A stretch of 64,000 bases of DNA from Minisyncoccota bacterium. Lineage in GTDB: Bacteria; Patescibacteriota; Minisyncoccia; UBA6257; 2-01-FULL-56-20. Location of the stretch: the NCBI GenBank assembly GCA_035541435.1, contig DATKNL010000010.1, positions 30,250 to 94,249 of the forward strand, read 5' to 3'. The notes under the pieces were generated by a model. That model was not told where the DNA came from. It searched no databases and was given only the letters and a program-made list of their open reading frames with translations. The translations under genes were made by a program, and so were the position numbers. Below, in pieces: positions 60,936-64,000 of the stretch; within the stretch, counting starts at the first letter, position 1; every line of letters begins with the position of its first letter.

Positions 60936-62930
60936 TCAGTCGAGAAATACGGAACGCTCTTCGAACCCCTCAGATTCGTCGAAACCATCGGAGTCGCCCG
61001 CGCCGAGGCCGCGCCGGCCGCGGGTGCCGTCACCATCATCATACGACGAGGCGCTCCCCGCGGCGAACGTGACGCAGTCCTCGGGAATTTCCGAAATGAA
61101 CCGCGACGGGATTCCATAAAAGCTGATTGCGAGGTTCTTCCGCGCCCGCGTCATTGCGACATACATCAGTCGCCGCTCCTCTTCGAGCGACGCGTCGTCG
61201 TCGAGCGAGCGGCCGTGCGGCAGGAGTCCCTCGGCGGCTCCCGCGATGAAGACCGTATCGAACTCGAGTCCTTTCGCAAGATGAATGGTCATAAGGCTCA
61301 CTTCCTCCCCCCGGTTTTTCTGTTCGTTCACGTCGTCGGTCGCCTGAAGCAGGCTGAGCTTTTCGAGGAAGTCCGGCAGCGATTCGAATTCTCCGGCAAA
61401 CGCAACGAGTTCCGCTATGTTCTCTTCGCGCTCGTCGGAGTTGATGAAGTTATCTTCAAGATATTCGACGTAGTTGAACGTTTCAAGAAAAAGCTTGAGC
61501 GCGTCGACGGGTTTGATCGCGGGACCGCCGTCGTCCGCGGCGGTCGGGCCGCCCTGGAAGGCCGATTTTATAAGCCTTGCGCGGAATTCGGCGAATCGGC
61601 GCTTCGTGAGGTTTTTCTCAAGCCGGTCCTTCGCGACCTCGTCCTTGTCGTTCGAGATGTAGCGCAATGCGGCCATCGCATCTTTCACTTCGCGCCGTTC
61701 ATAGAACTTGAGGCCGCCGAAAATGCGATAGGGAATGTCGCGACGGATGAGCGCCTGTTCGATCGCGCGCGACTGCGCGTTCGTGCGATAGAGGATGGCG
61801 ATCTCTTCGGCCGCATCCTGCCGTTCGCCGCGGTTCCCCTGCTCCTCGCGCCGCAGGTCGTCGCGTACCCGCCGCTTGCCGATCTCCTGCGCGATCCATT
61901 CCGCCTCTTCGTTCTCGCCCCAGGCCTCGAAGAGCGCGATGCGCTCGCCGTCGGGATTCTTGGTCCAGAGGTTCTTCGGCGTGCGGAACGAGTTGTTCTT
62001 CACGACGCCGGCCGCCGCGCGGATGATCGTCCCGGTCGAGCGGTAGTTCTCTTCCAAAAAATGCACCGAGGCGCCCTTCCAGACCTTGTCGAAGTCGAGG
62101 AACGTCTTGATGTTCGCGTAGCGCCAGCTATAGATCGTCTGCTCGTCATCGCCTACGACGCTCAGGTTGCGATGCCCTTCGGCGAGAAGCGTGATGAACT
62201 CGCACTGCTTCGGGTTGATGTCCTGATATTCGTCGACCAGGATCGCGTCGAACATCGATTGATATTTTCTGAGCACGTTCGGATGCTGCCTGAAGATCGC
62301 GACCGGCTTCTCGATCAGGTCGTCAAAGTCGAACGCGTTATTGCGCGCGAGTGCCGCCTCGTAGTGCTCGTAAACCTTCACGACATTCCTCGAGGTCCCA
62401 TCGGTTGCGGCCCGCAGCTCGTCGATGGCTCCGTCTTTGTTCTTGATCTCGGAAATCCTCTGCCCGAAAAACGCCGGCGTCTCCTTCTTGTTCAGCCGCT
62501 GCCGGTTGCCGAATGCCCCGTCCTCTTTCGGGGGCTTGGGCAGGACCGCCTTGACCGCCTTTTTGAGCAGGTCGAACGAATCGTGATCGTCAAAGATGGC
62601 GAAATTCGGACTGCGGCCAAGAAGCCGGCACTCCTTTCTGAGGATCCTCGCGCCCAGGGAGTGAAAGGTGCTGATCAGGGGTCCCGGAATGCTCACCCGG
62701 TTCGCCATCTCCTTTGCCGCCTTGTTCGTGAAAGTGATGGCACAGATTCGTTCGGGGCTCATCCCTGACTCGATAAGATGGACGATCCGGCTCGTGAGCG
62801 TCTTGGTTTTCCCGGTCCCAGCGCCGGCCACTATTAAAAGAGGCCCGTTTTTAGCCTTCGCTGCGGCTGACTGGGCCGGATTCATGGGGAAAATCGGTGG
62901 ATTTGCCCTATTTTGATTGCTGCTCGTCAT
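60936..62930 (-). CDS. pcrA: ATP-dependent DNA helicase PcrA/UvrD family
   Basis: GPLLIVAGAGTGKTKTLTSRI (motif I), ILVDEYQD (motif II), FTVTFSKAAKEM-type motif Ia, C-terminal VAMTRARKNL (motif VI). Confidence 0.9.
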   Translation of the reverse strand: MTSSNQNRANPPIFPMNPAQSAAAKAKNGPLLIVAGAGTGKTKTLTSRIVHLIESGMSPERICAITFTNKAAKEMANRVSIPGPLISTFHSLGARILRKECRLLGRSPNFAIFDDHDSFDLLKKAVKAVLPKPPKEDGAFGNRQRLNKKETPAFFGQRISEIKNKDGAIDELRAATDGTSRNVVKVYEHYEAALARNNAFDFDDLIEKPVAIFRQHPNVLRKYQSMFDAILVDEYQDINPKQCEFITLLAEGHRNLSVVGDDEQTIYSWRYANIKTFLDFDKVWKGASVHFLEENYRSTGTIIRAAAGVVKNNSFRTPKNLWTKNPDGERIALFEAWGENEEAEWIAQEIGKRRVRDDLRREEQGNRGERQDAAEEIAILYRTNAQSRAIEQALIRRDIPYRIFGGLKFYERREVKDAMAALRYISNDKDEVAKDRLEKNLTKRRFAEFRARLIKSAFQGGPTAADDGGPAIKPVDALKLFLETFNYVEYLEDNFINSDEREENIAELVAFAGEFESLPDFLEKLSLLQATDDVNEQKNRGEEVSLMTIHLAKGLEFDTVFIAGAAEGLLPHGRSLDDDASLEEERRLMYVAMTRARKNLAISFYGIPSRFISEIPEDCVTFAAGSASSYDDGDGTRGRRGLGAGDSDGFDESEGFEERSVFLD

Positions 62931-62995
62931 TGTGGTAACATAACCATATTAGTACCCTAGTCGTAAAAGTTAAAAGTAGGTATAAACCACTTTCA

Positions 62996-64000
62996 GTGGC
63001 TGTTTTTTTGGTTGGGACCCTGTTCGTGACCCGGTTCGCATTTCTGCCTCAGACGGGAACAGTCGTTGAGCGGGGCGTTTTCGGCGGTCCTTCGGCTGAT
63101 CCTTCCGCGGCTTCCGGCATCCTGATTGCCACCGCCCAGGGAGCTGAAACGGGCGCATTGACCGATCAGGGGCTCGCCACGTTCGTGTCCGACGCCGACG
63201 TCTCAGGATCAAGCGGGCAATTGGCGCCGGCTCAGATGCCTGCGGACATCGTCGATCAGGGAGCCCTTCAGGATCCCGGCCAGCCGATCGGTCCTTCGGT
63301 TGCCAGGACGGGTTTGATAGATTACACGGTTCGGAACGGCGACAGCCTTTCGAAAATTGCTTCCTATTTCGGGGTTTCGGTTCAAACGATCCTCAGTGCC
63401 AATCCCGGCATCAAGGCGGGATCCCTCAAGGCGGGAGTCGACCTCAAGATTTTGCCGACGAGCGGCGTCATTTACGAGACGAAGCCCGGCGACACCCTCG
63501 CTTCGATCGCGGCAGCGTTCGGGATTCCTCAAGACAAAATAACGCAGTTCAACGCTTCTGTAAATTTCAACTCACTTGAATCTGGGCAGTCGATCGTGGT
63601 TCCGGGAGGAACTGACAGCGCGATCACCACGACGCAGGCAGGCGGTCCCGTCCTTCCGAACTTTGATAAAAACTTTATCATGCCGACGGTCGGCTATAAC
63701 TGGGGTATCCTCCATCACGAGAACGCCGTCGATATCGCCAACTCCTGCGGCACGCCGGTTGACGCGGCCGCCTCAGGCATCGTCGTTCCCGACCCCGACG
63801 AATCGAATCAGATCGGAGGATGGAATGGCGGTTATGGAAACTTCGTCCTTATCCAGCATGCGTTCGGGAACAACATCGAAACCCGATATGCCCACCTCGA
63901 GAAAGTTCTCGTGCAGATCGGCGACTATGTGACGCAGGGCCAGGAAATCGGCCTCATGGGAGAAACCGGTGATGCGACGGGGTGCCATCTGCATTTCGAA
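62996..64000 (+). CDS. LysM-LysM-M23 peptidoglycan endopeptidase, 3' end runs off window
   Basis: Manual in-frame translation from GTG 62996: hydrophobic anchor VAVFLVGTLFVTRFAFL; LysM 1 IDYTVRNGDSLSKIASYFGVSVQTILSANP; LysM 2 IYETKPGDTLASIAAAFGIPQDKITQFN; M23 HHENAVDIA...GGYGNFVLIQHAFGN...GETGDATGCHLHFE. Absent from the ORF track because there is no stop in the window. ATG 63236 is an alternative start. Confidence 0.7.
   Translation, partial: MAVFLVGTLFVTRFAFLPQTGTVVERGVFGGPSADPSAASGILIATAQGAETGALTDQGLATFVSDADVSGSSGQLAPAQMPADIVDQGALQDPGQPIGPSVARTGLIDYTVRNGDSLSKIASYFGVSVQTILSANPGIKAGSLKAGVDLKILPTSGVIYETKPGDTLASIAAAFGIPQDKITQFNASVNFNSLESGQSIVVPGGTDSAITTTQAGGPVLPNFDKNFIMPTVGYNWGILHHENAVDIANSCGTPVDAAASGIVVPDPDESNQIGGWNGGYGNFVLIQHAFGNNIETRYAHLEKVLVQIGDYVTQGQEIGLMGETGDATGCHLHFE

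Noticed and set aside
47336-62930. T4SS-like locus as a conventional conjugative element (ICE or plasmid segment)
   Set aside because: No relaxase, VirD4 coupling protein, VirB11, integrase or recognisable oriT within or flanking the locus in this window. Flanks are core housekeeping genes (jag; rsmA/pcrA).
1-64000. CRISPR arrays, cas genes, rRNA genes, transposases or IS elements
   Set aside because: No regularly spaced direct repeats, no Cas-like or DDE-transposase-like ORFs, and no rRNA-like conserved stretches were seen by eye. Only one tRNA was identified.

Overview
High-GC bacterial chromosome segment, almost certainly from a small-genome Patescibacteria/CPR-like lineage. Several genes are unusually compact: DnaA is 463 aa, YidC is 235 aa, YebC is 178 aa, and the 5'-3' exonuclease is standalone (no fused polymerase domain). 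About 85% of coding sequence is on the minus strand. All plus-strand ORFs in the track that span these genes are Arg-rich antisense shadows. The window has three parts. (1) Positions 1-21.4 kb: an ABC ATPase, then a 15-gene co-directional array of secreted or membrane-anchored proteins with overlapping junctions. It contains FN3 repeats, an Asp-box protein, a cohesin/dockerin pair with an Hsp20 between them, three DUF916-like anchored paralogs alternating with Thr-rich secreted paralogs, and a giant HTH-fused membrane protein. (2) Positions 21.4-47.3 kb: housekeeping genes. These are a YeiH-like exporter with an apparent frameshift, tRNA-Arg(CCG), a beta-CASP RNase, a Mur ligase, ruvA/ruvB/ruvC/yebC, rpsT, holA, pyrG, a histidine kinase, tsaE, PilB, PBP1A, and the dnaN-dnaA | rpmH-rnpA-yidC-jag origin block with DnaA boxes. 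(3) Positions 47.3-60.1 kb: a 10-gene minus-strand operon encoding a minimal Gram-positive-style type IV secretion-like apparatus. It contains a split VirB4 ATPase, PrgI/VirB3-like and VirB6/TrbL-like proteins, and a VirB2-like pilin with a Cys-rich C-terminal domain. It has no coupling protein, relaxase or VirB11. It is followed by rsmA, pcrA/uvrD and a LysM-M23 peptidase that runs off the window end. The T4SS-like locus and the cohesin/dockerin plus Csc-like surface array are the strongest candidates for a new host-interaction or DNA-uptake system.
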